Below are positions 39,111 through 52,306 of a stretch of 64,000 nt of DNA, in pieces; position 1 is the first letter of the stretch; every line of letters starts with the position of its first letter. The stretch is from Cenococcum geophilum (Eukaryota). The position numbers were made by a program, and so were the translations under genes. The notes below the pieces were generated by a model that saw only the letters and a list, made by a program, of their open reading frames with translations, searched no databases and had not been told where the DNA came from. Location of the stretch: NCBI GenBank assembly GCA_050273025.1, contig CP158635.1, positions 620,001-684,000 on the forward strand, given 5' to 3'.

Positions 39111-42100
39111 ATACCATCTCAATTCCTCCTTTGCCTATCAGTTAAATGACTCCACTGACGTCAAGTTCGTCGACCACGATCATCCTCAATAAGCCAGAAG
39201 ACTGGGAACAATGGCTATGGCAACTCCGAGCCCTCGTGGATCAGCAAATTTGGGCACACGTTGACCCAGCTACAGAAGCACCTCAAGAAGGTCTACTTAA
39301 AAAACCACCCCATCTAAAGGTCACAGATTTCAATGAGAATGCAACCTCATATGTACAGCTCTTGACGAATCAACAGAAAGCGTACAAGAACAGCAGACGA
39401 TACTACGACCAGGACATAAAGTATTTCCTAAGACAGGAAGATCATCTTTGACAGATCCGCACCCAGATTATATCTACAGTATCGATTTAGAAGAAGCTAT
39501 TGCTTAACCCTTCCTTAACAGTTAAAGAATGGATATCTCGGCTGAAGGAGAATACAGAACCTACCTCATCGTTCGTCAGGAAGAAGGTATAATACCAGTA
39601 CATAGAAGCCCTTAAGGGGTTCAAACAGTTGTCAAAATTAAACTAATAGCTAAATCAATGGGAACACGCAATATCCCTAGGAGAGAAGTATAAGATCCCT
39701 TAAATATCCAATGGAATCTGGCTTTAAGATTTAGTAGAAGTTATTTAACCGTTTAGCGACGCCTACTATATAAAGTACACTACCGAGTTAAATAACCCTC
39801 AGAAGTCGAGATCTTCTAAATACCGTAGAGTAGCAAAGGAGCTGCAAGAAGGACTTAGAATACCCTCAAAAAAAGCCAATACTACTACAAAAGGGAGTAC
39901 CTTTAATGTAGACTTCGCAGAGTAAGCTATGATGGATCACTCTAATACTACTAAAGGTCCAGGGAAAGGAACCTTAGTATGTACTAGACGCTTAAAGAGA
40001 GCCGGGTCACTAGTAGATGAGGAGACGTCCTATAAGAAGCTACTACCCGTATACTTGGCGTGCGAGAAACGAGGACATTCCCTTCAAAACTGTTAGTATT
40101 TATTTAAAGACAAGAGACCCGAAGGAGTTATAATTAGAGATACTCGCATTAAAAGGGTGTTAAAGAAGGTAGAAAAGAATAAGAATCTTACTAACTAAGT
40201 TATAAAGATTAGACTCGAAGAATAAGAAGACGAGGCTTAATAATAATAGGACGAGAGCTAGGAGACAGTTAAGATTAAGGGAGAAGCTAATGCAATATTC
40301 CTAGAATCGTATCACACCAGTTAACTCCATCCACTAAAGCTATTAACTATTCTTAACTTAGGAACCACTCTCCACATCTTTAATAACCTCTCTCGTTTTT
40401 ATAATTTTAGGAAAGCTTTAAGACACAAATATATTATCGCCGGCAGCTTAGAAGTGCCTATACTAGGCTATAGCGATATCACTATCTAAATTACAAAACT
40501 AGATAAGAGTAAGGGAATCCTACGTCTTAAGGACGTTGCCTTTTATACCGACTTTAATACAAATCTAGTGTTGTTCCGTCTACTTCAAAAACAAAGATAC
40601 TATTAGGACAATAAAGGAGACAACAATCTTCTTATTTGAAAGGACAATACAATCCTATATTAAATGGAAGAACGTCACGGATAATAGACTATTGAATACG
40701 TCTAATTAGGAAACTTAAAATCCGCATTTAATATTAGCCGTCTAACGCGCCGTCAACGGAAGCGGATATCGTTAAGAGACGTTTATCCAGATTTAAAAGG
40801 TAATGCACGTCTATAGCATCTACGTCTAGGTTATCTAGGACCTATAAGCCTTTACTATTTAGGTCTTAACGCCCTAGGAGTTAAGCTTTATAGCCTAAAG
40901 ATAACGGAATATTAATACTGCAGTCTCGCCAAAATTAAGTATTAGGTCTTACGAAGGTTCTTAAAACAGAAAATTAATAAACCCTATCTTAACCTCCATA
41001 TTAACTAGACTGACCTTAAGGAAGCGCATACTGGTTTTGTACGAGTTATACTTATCTACAACACCTTCTTAGGAAGATCCTTCCCATATTTTATAACAAC
41101 GTATAGTAAGAAGAAGGAGACACTATAAGTGCTTAAAGATTTCACCTAGTGGATTCGTCTAAGGTATAACCTTAAAGTTAATACTATTAGATCGGACAAC
41201 GAGCTAGGGAGAAGGAGAACCCTTAAATAGCTATGAACTTAAGGGATTATATTTAAGCCTTCGGCGCCATATACCTAAGCTTAGAACGGTACCACCAAAC
41301 ACTTAAGGGGTATAATTATTAAGAGAGTACGAGTAATAAGAATTGCTGCTAATCTACCACATAATCTATAAAACGAGATAGTTAACTATGCAGTTTACCT
41401 TTAAGATCAAACGCCACGGGAAAGCAATGGTTGGAAATCGCCATATAAGAGGTTTTATACCTTCCTAGCCAATAGGAGATTAAGAAAGCCGCAACTGGCG
41501 CACCTAAAAGCCTACAGCTATAGGGCGTACGTAATAACGTTAGACGCCTAGCTAAAGAAGAAAAGGCTAAGCAAGCTAGATCCGCGAGCCCATATCGGCT
41601 ACCTTATTAGCTATAACTTTACCAATATCTATAGGATCTGGATCCCATATAAGGGTATCATTATCTCTATAAGGGATATCATCTTTAACAAAAAGACGTT
41701 CTTTAATGGTAAGCAAATGGACATCTTAAAGGACCTACACGCTAAATTAGACACGCTAATTAAGAAGATTTAACTCCCTAATACCCTAACTAAGAATAAG
41801 GTTCTTCTAGAAGATAATAAAGAAGTATTTAAACCGTTAATTTAAGAGGAAAACGATGACGTTGATAAGCCAGTTTAAACCTTTAATAAGTTAGCAGATT
41901 TTAAGCTTATAAGAGCTCTCGAAGATATATACTATACATTACCTCTAATAGAAGAAGACAAAGAATCTCTATATACCTTTTATATTAAGTATCCTACGAA
42001 GTCAGATATACAAGGTACTAATTAAGACGTCGCTTATTAAGCAGGAAATGCGTTTCACACTTAGGGGGTATTTAACAACTCGGTTAAAGACTCCTTTACG

Positions 42101-42815
42101 GAAGCTAGCGATTATAGGTTTAAAGACTTTATTACTAAAAGGATCACTTCAGCCTATTACGGCGCCTTCTTAGTAGGAAGGAAGTTTAACCTTAATAGTT
42201 AACTTAATAATAGCAAGCTGAAATCAGGTAGAATACGCGATGTTAGATTACATAGGAAAAACTTACCTCCGCCACCTCAGTCGATCCGCGACCTTAATAC
42301 GCATCCTCTTTAAGATTAGTTCCAAAAAGCTTAATAAGCTTATCTACAATCTTATTATCAAATAAGGTCGTTTTAAAAAACAGAAAAGAAGTATATAAAG
42401 GAACAGTAGGTCCTTAACTTAATATAAGTATTCGTCTACAAGATAGACAAGCACGGATTTCTCCAGAAATGCAAGGCACGCTTAATAGTCTGCGGAAATT
42501 AATAGGCCCCAGGAGACCTACCTATAAGAGCTACTATATTAGCTAGTATAACCTTCCGAACCCTTATAGCGATCACTACAAAATTCGACCTAGAGACGAC
42601 ACAGAAAGATACAGTCAATGCGTTTATCCATTACGATCTTAACGAGGTCGTCTATATAAAGCTACCGCTAGGGTTTAATAAAGGAAAAACAGACAAAGTA
42701 CTGCGCTTAAGAAAAGCCCTATACGGACTATAACGATCACCACTGTTATAGCAGAAGAATCTCATGAGCTTGTTAAACGAATTGGGTTTTAAAGAGGTAC
42801 CTTAGGAGCCATATG

Positions 42816-45800
42816 CAGGGGTGCCGGTAAATCTTCCCATTAAGTCCAAATTGACTTGAATTAATTATAAATCAAATTAAATTAAATCAGTTTAAGGTCC
42901 TCTGCCAAGCCAATTTAAATTAAATTAAGGGCTGAATTGAATTGATAAATATATAGAATATAGAAATATTTTTACCTTTAGTGTTAATGTTTAATAGATG
43001 CTCTCGGTTGGCGTATAAAATGCCGATTCTTTAAACTTTATTAGGTAAACCTATATAACCCAGTAATTGCCGTTATTATTAAGCTAGATCCGAGTCATTG
43101 GCTAGGTATATAACCTATATAAAGATATTCGCACCTATAAAGGTCCTTCCAAAATTGCCACCTTATTAACCTTTTAACACTACCACTCTATATTATTATA
43201 ATGGACATTAAATCCGATTCTGAACCACTTTCTGTGCCTCCTAGTACAATTGAGGTACCTACTGAGCTTCAGAAGACCTCTGATTTCGATTCTCGCGCCT
43301 AGGACACTGTAAGAGACTTATCTTCTTCTAGTGACGATAAATACAAAGACCTTAATTGGCTGAAGTTTCCCGGCTTTCAGATTCCTCCTTTATTAAAACG
43401 AGACCGCCGATCGTATATCTGGAAGTATTGCTATAAGATCTACCAAACAGAAACAGGAAATCTCTATGCAGTATATTAGATCTGCTATATAAAATATAAA
43501 ACAAAATATGCCACTGATTACCGCTGGCTTAACGCCTTAACTGGTAGAGCTGCTAAACACCTCCTAAAAAAGCATAATATTGGCAAGAATGGGCCAATTA
43601 AGCTTTTAGATTAATCTTAATTAGTCGCCAGTATACAAAACAAAACACCTACCGAGCAAGCCGAGTTTAATTAATGTTGTAGGAGCTTTAACGAACGCTG
43701 ATTTTAGAAGCTTCTAATACAGTGGGTTATTTAGGACGGAATTGCATTTAATTAAGTTAATAGTAAGTATTTTTGTAAGCTAATTATCTACCTAAATAAG
43801 GACTTTAAAGAGATTCTCCCTTACTAAATAATAATACGCGATTGGATTATTAAGGACTTTAAACGATATAAAGGTGTAGTAATAGAGCTTCTTAAGCGCG
43901 CGTATAGTTAAATATACGTCTCTATAGATATATAGACCTTTTGAAACCTCCTAAGCCTCTACGGAATTGTTATTTACTTTATTAATAATAAGGGCAACTA
44001 TAGAACCTTCCTACTTAGTATACTAAAACTCGCTAGGCGATATATAGGCGTTAATATTACTAATAGCGTAGCCGCGATTCTTATGGAGTTTAATATTAGT
44101 AATAAAATCGGGTATTTTATACTAGATAATGCGTTAAATAATAACACCTATATGGAGGCTCTAGGTAAGGAGCTTGGATTCAATTAGAAGGAGCGTTAAC
44201 TTCGGTGCGCTGGCTATATAATTAACCTAGTGGCTCGCTTAATCCTCTATAGTAAGGATACAAAGGCTTTAGAGGACGAGCTTAAAGAGGCTAAAGATAA
44301 GATTAAGCACCTAGAGCTTTAGAGGAAGCAGGGCCCAATTAGAAAGCTTTATAATATTATTATTTATATATTTCTACGTTATCCCAACGCGAGCAGCAAT
44401 TTAAGGAGTTTTAATATATCTATTTAACTACTATGCTATCGTTTTTAGATGGCTTTACGACTTAAACTACCTGGAAGCTTATCCTCAACGTTAATACGCG
44501 GTGGAACTCTACTTTTGATATAATTGAGCGCGCGCTATACCTTATGGCTGCAATTAACGCCTTTATTAAAAAGGAGCAACGGGATTAGGAGGCTTACTAT
44601 AATTAGGCCACTAAAAACGGCATAAAGCCTTACCCAAAAAAGGGCAAGAAGAAGCCTTTAATTATCGACAACGCCTTAGGTAAGGAGGAATGGTAGATTC
44701 TAAAGGAGTATATGCAGATATTGGCGCCGCTTAAGGAGGTTACTAAGACTCTAGAAGGCAAGGCTTATAACGGTAAGTTAACCTTAATTAGGGTTTAAAA
44801 ATATCTACTAATTTATAATAAATTAGGTAGAAATGGAGCTCTATAGGAGGTCCTCCCGTCCCTAGAGTACCTTATTAAGTAGATTAACCTTCTTACGTTT
44901 TAATATAAGCATAACCCAGAGTCTTACTTTTACATGGGCCTTTAACTTAGATGGCAGAAACTTAATAAGTACTATAAGCTTACTAATAAATCCGCCGTAT
45001 ACGTCGCCTCCGTTACTCTATACCCGCGATATAAATAGAAGTGGATTAAGGATAAGTAGAAGAATAAGAAGAGATAGATTAGAGATATAAAAGAGCGTAT
45101 TTAAATAGAATAGGAGACATACAAAGGCCTTAATTTAGGTAGGAGAGTTAGTATACCACCATCTAAGCGCTAGCAACGCGAGGCAGAGGGTCTAAGAGCC
45201 TTCCTAGATGAAGGCCTTAGCGACGACTTGGAAGATAATAAGGAGGAGGACGAGTACGAAGCATGGATAAGGAAGTATCTAAAACGGGATAGGAAGGTTA
45301 ATAATCCAATTAAGTATTAGTGGGAGCTTTGATTTAACTATCCACGCCTCTTACGCTTCGCAATTAATATGTTTAGTACGCTAGCGATAAGCGATAAGCT
45401 AGAACAAGTATTTAGCCTTACTGGTAATATAGTGCGGCCTAATAGAGCAAAGCTTAAAGCTGACGTTATTGGCGCTGCAATTAGCTTAAAGCATTGGGAT
45501 ATAAATAAGGTTATAAATATAAGCCGCTGAAGCTGGTAAGTTAATATAGAGGTGTTCTAAAAGTATATAGAGTGCTAATATTTGTATAGGAACGACGACT
45601 TGATCCTCCCTACTACTACCTAAGCCTCTACTAGAGCCTCTACCGAAGCCTCCTCTACCGCTTCCACTACGCTGGTGATGTTATATATTGCAAGATCCTT
45701 ATATAGGCGGAAGGGTTAAATAAGAGGCCTTATTTATAGGCGGGCATTAAGTAATTTCGGGTGACTGCTGCGCAAAATACTATGCTAAGACTTTATATAG

Positions 45801-45943
45801 CATTATATCAATTTGTTAATTTAATTCCAATTCGAGCCTTCCGAATTAATTTAATTCTTTTAATTCGCCTAATATAGAACGCCAAGTAATTTAATTCAAT
45901 TCGAACCTCTTCGGAAGACTTGAAAGGTTTACTGGCACCCCTG
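42816..45943 (+). mobile_element. hAT DNA transposon (3.1 kb), RIP-inactivated transposase at ~43201-45530
   Basis: TIRs CAGGGGTGCCRGTAAAYCTT; 8-bp TSD GCCATATG/GCCATATA; BED-like N-terminus, SIDI(W)T, LRCAG(H)IINLVA, NTRWNST and C-terminal YPRLxRFA...E(R)VFS motifs; probable intron at ~44773-44827. Confidence 0.95.
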
Positions 45944-47321
45944 GCCATATATTATGCTAAAAGGTAGAATAGTCGTCTTCTTCTACGTCAACGATATTGT
46001 CTTCTACTACCGAAAGACAGATAAGAAGAAAGCTTAAGAAGTAATTAAGGAGCTAAGCAAGGAATATTAGATAAGTACCCTTAGCGAGCTAAAATAGTTC
46101 CTAGGAATCTACGTACTACGCGATCGTAGCCAGAGGCTCCTATAGCTATTCTAGGAAGCCTATATTAAGAAGATAGCTAACCAGTATAAAATAGATCTCA
46201 GAGGGCGTCTTTTAAACACTCCTATAGTAGAATCGGAACTCCTCCCTACTAATCACCGTATAATCCGTCTAACGCCTCCGTTCCCTAATACAGACCTATT
46301 AGTCCGTCCTATATCCCTACCAGCCTCTACAATACTATATCAGAGAAAATTGGGTTTAGTACTCTATGTAGCCACTATAACACATCCGGATATTGCCTTC
46401 GCAGTATCACAGCTAGCAAGGTTTAATCAGAACCCAAGCTAAGAGCATTATTAAGTGGTAGAAAGAGTCATCCAGTACCTATATAGCATGAAAAGCAGAG
46501 CAATCTGCTATAGAGGAGATGAGGAAGGAATAAATGGTAGAGGGAGAGACAAAGGAATACGCGACAAAGGACGAGACGACGGAAGAGACGGTGCGCAATC
46601 ATTTATCTATGTTAGCGACGCATCATTTACGGACAACTCCGTCGACAGAAAGAGCTCGCAAGGATACATTATAAAGCTATTTAGGGGGCCGATCGCCTAG
46701 AGAGTAAATAAGCAGGGTATGGTTACGACATCAAGCACAGAAGCCGAGTTGTTAGCCCTATTACAGACAGTAAAGGAAGCTATCTTTATCAGCAGGCTGT
46801 TTAAAGCAATAACGCTACGCCTGAATGAGCCCTTAATTATTAAATGCGACAACACCTAGACGCTCCAACTGATCACAGAAGACACGGCAAAGCTAATCAC
46901 GAAGCTCCGACACGTTAACATCCATCGATACTGGCTACGTTAGGAATACGCAATAAGACAAGTACAATTTTAATGGACAGCGACGAAGGAGATGATTGCC
47001 GATAGACTTATAAAGGCCCTGCCCAAGCAGAGGTTTTAAAGCTTCGTTAATATAATTAGAATGGTGGATATTAAGGAGCGGCTAAATAAGGAGAAGCAAC
47101 TGGAGGACCTTAGGGACAGTATCAGAGCAAGACGGAAGGATTTAGATAAGATTACAGTTCAATTGACGCATTAACGAGCACGAGAAGGGTCACCAAGGCG
47201 CTAGCCGTAAGCGAGCCAATAGCGATTTTCTATGCCAGGCATGGAAAATCCTAATTGGTTGGCAGAATTTGGCAGGAAGGTGGTTAGCTTTAACCTCAAA
47301 GAGCTCAAAGCTAAGGGGGTA

Positions 47322-47507
47322 TGTCAGATAACCTATATTCTCTAGAGGCGTAGACCGTGCACGAGTTACGTGCACGAGTCACGTGCATTATAAACCTCTT
47401 TATCTTAGCCCGAGGGCCCTAGGTCCAAGGTCAATCAAGACATCTACAAGATCATCAATCAATCAACCCATTTCATCAATGAACAGCTCAATACGAGTTA
47501 CGTGACA
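47322..47507 (+). repeat. Copia G 3' LTR
   Basis: TGTCAG...GTGACA, followed by TSD GCAAT. Confidence 0.95.
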
Positions 47508-47774
47508 GCAATAATATCCCTTACAATAGACCGCTCGTACCTCGGGTCAATAAAGCTCTATATATAATATATATACGAAATTTGACATATTTATAGCCTC
47601 ATCTACGAGGCCTTGGTTTTCTGGCAGAACGATTGACCGCCTGCGTGTGCAGCTTCCTAATTGGTGCGCACGGAGCACAGCTCTGAGGGGTTTATTAATG
47701 CAAGGGATATTGCATTCATCAGGATTACGAAGAGAGCTACTCAACAAAGTTCCATTACCACTTTCACATATTCC

Positions 47775-50700
47775 TTACTCATCGTAGTACAACTTCCAAG
47801 TACTAGGGAACGGCGTCCACTGGCTCCAGTCCTCCGTCATAAACACCTTAAACGCCCCATTCACCGTCGTACTCTTCAGCTGTCCCGCCGGCCCAGCCGC
47901 CCTCCTCAGATTCTTCAGGCGCGCAAACGCACGAAGCTGCACCGCCATCGCAATCATCACAGTCTTTTGTCCAAGACATACGTGTTCCCCGTACCCATGA
48001 TGGATGTACAAATCATCTGGCCGATCGAGCTTCACCTCCAGCGGGTCCGGGAACACGGTAGGGTCCAAGCCAGCAGTGTTGAAGTCGGCGAAGATCGTGC
48101 TTCCCGCAGCGGGAGTGAGGGTGTTCTTGCCGTCCTGGATGGAAGCGTTGGGCGCGGCAACGACGCGCAAAGCACCAGCGGCCGCGGGATCGAGACGGAA
48201 GCCTTCGAGGGCGTATTTGCGGAGTTTTTCCAGTGCCTCGGCGGAGTCAGAAGCGGCGAGAGCTTGGATTTCAGCCCAGTGGGCGGCGTTCGCGGGCGAG
48301 AGATAGAAGTCGAGCAGGCGGGAGATGCCTTGTGTCTGGATGGGAGCCGCGGCAGCCGACGTGGGTACGACGGTCCAGATCACCTCTTCGAGGGACATGC
48401 CGGAGTCGAAGAGACGCTGGATCAGCTTGGTGCCGAATTCTGGGAGCGCCGGGTCTCCCTTGTCTGCATGTAGCTTGGAAAACATGCTCTCTAAGAAGGA
48501 GAGGTTGCCGCCCTGGACGTCGGTGCAGGAGGTGGAGACCGCAGCAGCTAGAGCGGCTGTGGCTTTCTTCGCTTTGGCCTTAACGGCGAGGGTCTTTGCT
48601 GCGTCAATGTCGAGGAATGTGTACCAGAAGACGATGGCCGTGGCTTCATAGAGCTCGGTAGGTGTGAAACCGACGCCTTTCTCGTCCTCGGAGTCTTTGA
48701 GCGGAATGCCCCAGATGTGCGCGGTGACAATGGCATGCGAAGGGATGGCAACATCGCGAACAAGGTCGATCTGATAGCGATCACGCAACTTGATACTCTT
48801 TTTCTTGATGAGATCGGTCGTAACAGTATCATAGAAGTCGCGGATCTGGCTGAGGCCTTTGACAGGATCGTAGAGCGCGTGTATGCATATCTTCTTCTGC
48901 TTTGCGTTCCACGGCTTGTCGCCGCTGAGCATCCAGTCGTGTTTGATCAGCTCGCCCACGTGAAGACCCCACGGAACCTTGAAAGACTCTTGGTCTTTCA
49001 GAACACCCTTGACGCCGTTCCAGCTGAGGATTGGCGTTGGCTGGGGAATGAAGCGTGGCCGGTCGTAGTCATAGTCCGCTTCCACGCCCTTCGCAGCCAG
49101 AATAGCTCTGTTCTCAGACGGGACGGTCAAAGGGAACAAGGCATAGACCGAGTTGCTTCGGTACCATCCGGGATATGCTCGCTGAAGAAGCTTGTAGATG
49201 GTCGTTCCAAAGCCGACATTTGGATCCGACGCGATTTCATTATATCCGAAAGACGTTAGATTGGCGGGAGAACTGTCGATGGTGTAGTAGCGATCACCAC
49301 GGACTAGAGCGACAGCATCCGAGAGAATAGCTTTCGCAACAGTCAAGCCAGCACAGAGACCAGAGCCTGGTACCTCCAGCTTCTTAGTATCCTCGCAAAC
49401 CAGGCCAGGGTAGAGTTCCACGTTGTCAGGTTCTTGGTACAAAGCCTGGAGAGACGCAGCGACATCTGGATCCGGATTAATGTCATGAAAGGTGGCATGC
49501 GGTTTGAGCTTGAAGAACTTGCGAACTTCGTTGAGGCTTGCTGTGCCCCAGTTACGACCCTGGTTGATGCCGAGGATTTCAATGGCGCGAAGGGCTGTAG
49601 GTACATTTCTGGCTCCAAAGGCTCCAGCGACATCCTCAGTAGTACTAGACAGTATCGAAACCAGCCTAGCATCGTCAAAACCACCAGCGGCATTGCGTGT
49701 CAAGCCACCAAAGGTCCACTTTCCTGGGTCGGAGTCCAAGGAGTGTCCCCATTTCTTGAAGCCCTCGTACAATTGCGTCTGAGTAAGCGTCGCTGGATCC
49801 TGTCCAGGCCACAACTTCTTCATGAAATCGTTGACCCATGCCTCGTTTCTGTTGCTGATGGTGGCGTGCCATCGGTAGATCAGGTTGAACTCCATGCTGA
49901 CCTGGTTGCCGACACCCTTGGGGATGCCCTCTGAGTCAAACGCATCGAAAGCTTGGGCGCGAGGGTCCAGCGTCCAGGTGGTATCAGTACGATTGAGGTT
50001 CAGGATAACACGGACGTAGTCGCGGAGGATAATGTTGATGTAGAGGCCGCATGTGATGAGTCTTCCGGTCTGGAAGAGGTCGTTGTCGCGCTTCGCTTCC
50101 GCTTTTTCGCCGTCCAAACCCTGGGAAAGTGTTAGCAAAAGATCATCAGTACAACAGTAGTTTCGAAGGCTTACCTTGGCCTTGTCGAGCTTTGAAGCAG
50201 TGAACCGACCACCCTCATTGATCTCGGCCAATTGCGTCACAACATAATTATGAAACCTGTTAAAGGAAACCAGCAAGGCACCAACACCGGGCGGCTGTCC
50301 CAAAATTCGCGGCTCAGCAAAGGTATCTGGCTTGAGTTTTCCATCTTTGAACGTCCTCACAGTATCCTGCATAGCCTGATTATGTCCATAAAGCGGCCCA
50401 AGATCCAGGTATGACGAGGACGCAACCTTATTCGGATCAACATCATCTGTGCGAAAAATATCATGAATGATGATGGTGGCCGTTGAGATTGCTATGCTGG
50501 AGAACTTGGCCGGATGCTCCTTTGCCAGACCTTTGCGGGCGAACAATGCATCGAAAATGTCCCCTGGATCTGGTAGAGCAGCAGGGGGAGAGCGCTGCGG
50601 GACCACGCTGCGGGCGTAGTACGAGCCGGCTTTTCCGAGCTCGGGATAGAGGATGTTGTTATGAGAGCCATCAGCCGTACGGTAGCGCCAGGCATCGCCC

Positions 50701-51054
50701 ATGTACGAGAGCGGAGGGTGTTTGAGGTTGTCCCAGAGGTTGCCAAGCATGGCGTTTGTTAGGAGACCGGCGGTGGGTGAGCCTGCGGGATATGAGGAAG
50801 CCCATTTGACGGTGTTCTCTAGAAGTTGTCTGGAGAGATCAGCTTGAGCGAATGACTGAGGTGCAGCGGTCTTACTTTCGATCATCGACGACGTTCTCTG
50901 TGAAGAGACCGTCGACCAATGACTTCACGACGCCGAAATCTTCCGGGAGACGGTCGAGTTGACTCTTGATATCAGTGATGTAGCTATGGATGGTCTCTTT
51001 AACGGTGGGCACGTCATTGGAGTGGCCGTTGGAGGGACCGCTGGTTAACGCCAT
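47775..51054 (-). CDS. ppo: Fatty-acid heme dioxygenase-cytochrome P450 fusion (Ppo / linoleate diol synthase family); exons 51054-50876, 50829-50175, 50120-47775; ~1059 aa
   Basis: Dioxygenase motifs RTADGS.NN, IIIHDIFRTD (distal His), SSYLDLGPLYG, EFNLIYRWH (Tyr and proximal His) and LVRGDR. P450 motifs EGFRL (ExxR) and HHGYGEHVCLG (heme Cys). Two GT-AG introns (46 and 54 nt) give a continuous frame (DDRK-QLLE). Confidence 0.96.
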
Positions 51055-51880
51055 GCCGGGCTGTGGGGTTGTTGGCGCAAGCAAAAATGGGTGAAATGTA
51101 GTCAATGTAGCAAAGCTTTGAAACGATCAGTGCAGGCGGAATGGGTGAACGTGCCTACCAGACTGCTAAGCAACACGAAGGGGTGAGAGCGGTCTCCTTA
51201 TGACAGGACACAGCTTCTGCCTCCGAGCTCATCGCTTTCACATGACCATCCCTCCATGTCGTTTATTAAGGCGTTCTACATAAGCGGCGTCAGCCATAAT
51301 GCATAGGCTGAGAATAGCTGAGGTCTTGGCCGCTTCCAGCATCTCGCTGGCCGGATCTGGCTCAGACGGCGGCGTCCTACCGTAGGCATCTCGTTCGTAA
51401 AGGTTACTCCTAGGACAGCCTCCAACGGATGTTGGAAGGCGGTAGGATGGAATAAGATAGTAGCAATTGGCTGGAAGCTGTTCATGTGAAGGGTCGGGCC
51501 AGTTGGACAATCTTTGCCGCCCTTTAGAAGCTACCCTTATGAACAACATCGTACGGTAAGCATGGAGAGCTTTGAATCGTAGGCCTCTCGTATTCGACAG
51601 CCCCAGAGGTACGCATAAAGAGACTCGGGCTGTGGCATAGGCAGAATGACCTGGGAACGTGCTAGCCAAGTAACTTGAGGCTAAATGCAACATGTCAGCT
51701 ATGGGCAGAGCATATTGAGGTAAACGCACCTCGCTTATGTCATGTGTCTGGCAAAAGCTGGATGCCATTGGCTGGCGTTTCTTGGACGGTGTAGTGTATG
51801 GAACAATCACATTTAAAAAAGTGATTACGCCATGCATTAGAATCAACATGCCAGGCGCAGCGTGACAGTGGGGCAGCTTA

Positions 51881-52306
51881 ACGTATCTTACCACTCATCC
51901 GCCCACACCAGTCACCCGCCCACCCTAAAAACCCACCAAAAATCGGAAAAACTGCACCTTAATATCTTAACAACGGCTTAATAATAAATTCTGAAATTTT
52001 ATAATTAGCCTTTTATACCTATATTAAGACTCTTAATAAAGTTCTAGCGTAATAAGCCTGGCCATTATTAAAATATTAGGTTTTAGCCCCTAATCTTAAG
52101 CTAAATTATAATATCTCTAGAGCTACTTAATAGATTCCTTTTTAAATCTAATAAGAGGTTTAAAATATATATAAAAGGCTAATTATAAAATTTCAGAATT
52201 TATTATTAAGCCGTTGTTAAGATATTAAGGTGCAGTTTTTCCGATTTTTGGTGGGTTTTTAGGGTGGGCGGGTGACTGGTGTGGGCGGATGAGTGGTAAG
52301 ATACGT
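51881..52306. mobile_element. Fot1/pogo-type MITE (426 bp) upstream of ppo
   Basis: TA-ACGT...ACGT-TA ends; perfect 137-bp inverted repeats at 51881-52017 and 52170-52306. Confidence 0.93.

Larger units (their letters stand above)
38638..47507 (+). mobile_element. Copia G: full-length Ty1/Copia retrotransposon, moderately RIP-mutated, interrupted by a hAT element
   Basis: 186-bp LTRs at 38638-38823 and 47322-47507; TSD GCAAT; PBS-like GTTATAAGCCCGG; gag ATG at 39146; integrase IIRSDNE at ~41185; RT split at 42816-45943 (FYV(D)DI at ~45980); RNase H SDASF...DRKSSQGY; PPT AAGGGGGTA. Confidence 0.95.
38523..47525 (-). repeat. Truncated inverted LTR of the Gypsy D family (38523-38637 + 47513-47525), split by Copia G
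   Basis: The reverse complement reads TGTAAGGGATATTATTGC|AGCCACCTCAAGTTGCCCTCAGGACAACCCCGAACGCCCCTCAAATGG...GTAGTATATAGTCTC, matching LTR 14722-14850 with little RIP. Confidence 0.85.

Noticed and set aside
47661..50725. Many plus-strand and alternative-frame ORFs of 60-270 aa
   Set aside because: Shadows of the GC-rich ppo coding sequence; no motifs of their own.
47775..50885. The 1036-aa ORF taken as the protein
   Set aside because: It starts out of frame at the end of exon 1, runs through intron 1 and reads through an in-frame 54-nt intron; the spliced model starts at 51054.
51238..51894. 218-aa ORF upstream of ppo
   Set aside because: Starts at a non-ATG codon inside the MITE end, has no recognisable domain and non-protein-like composition.
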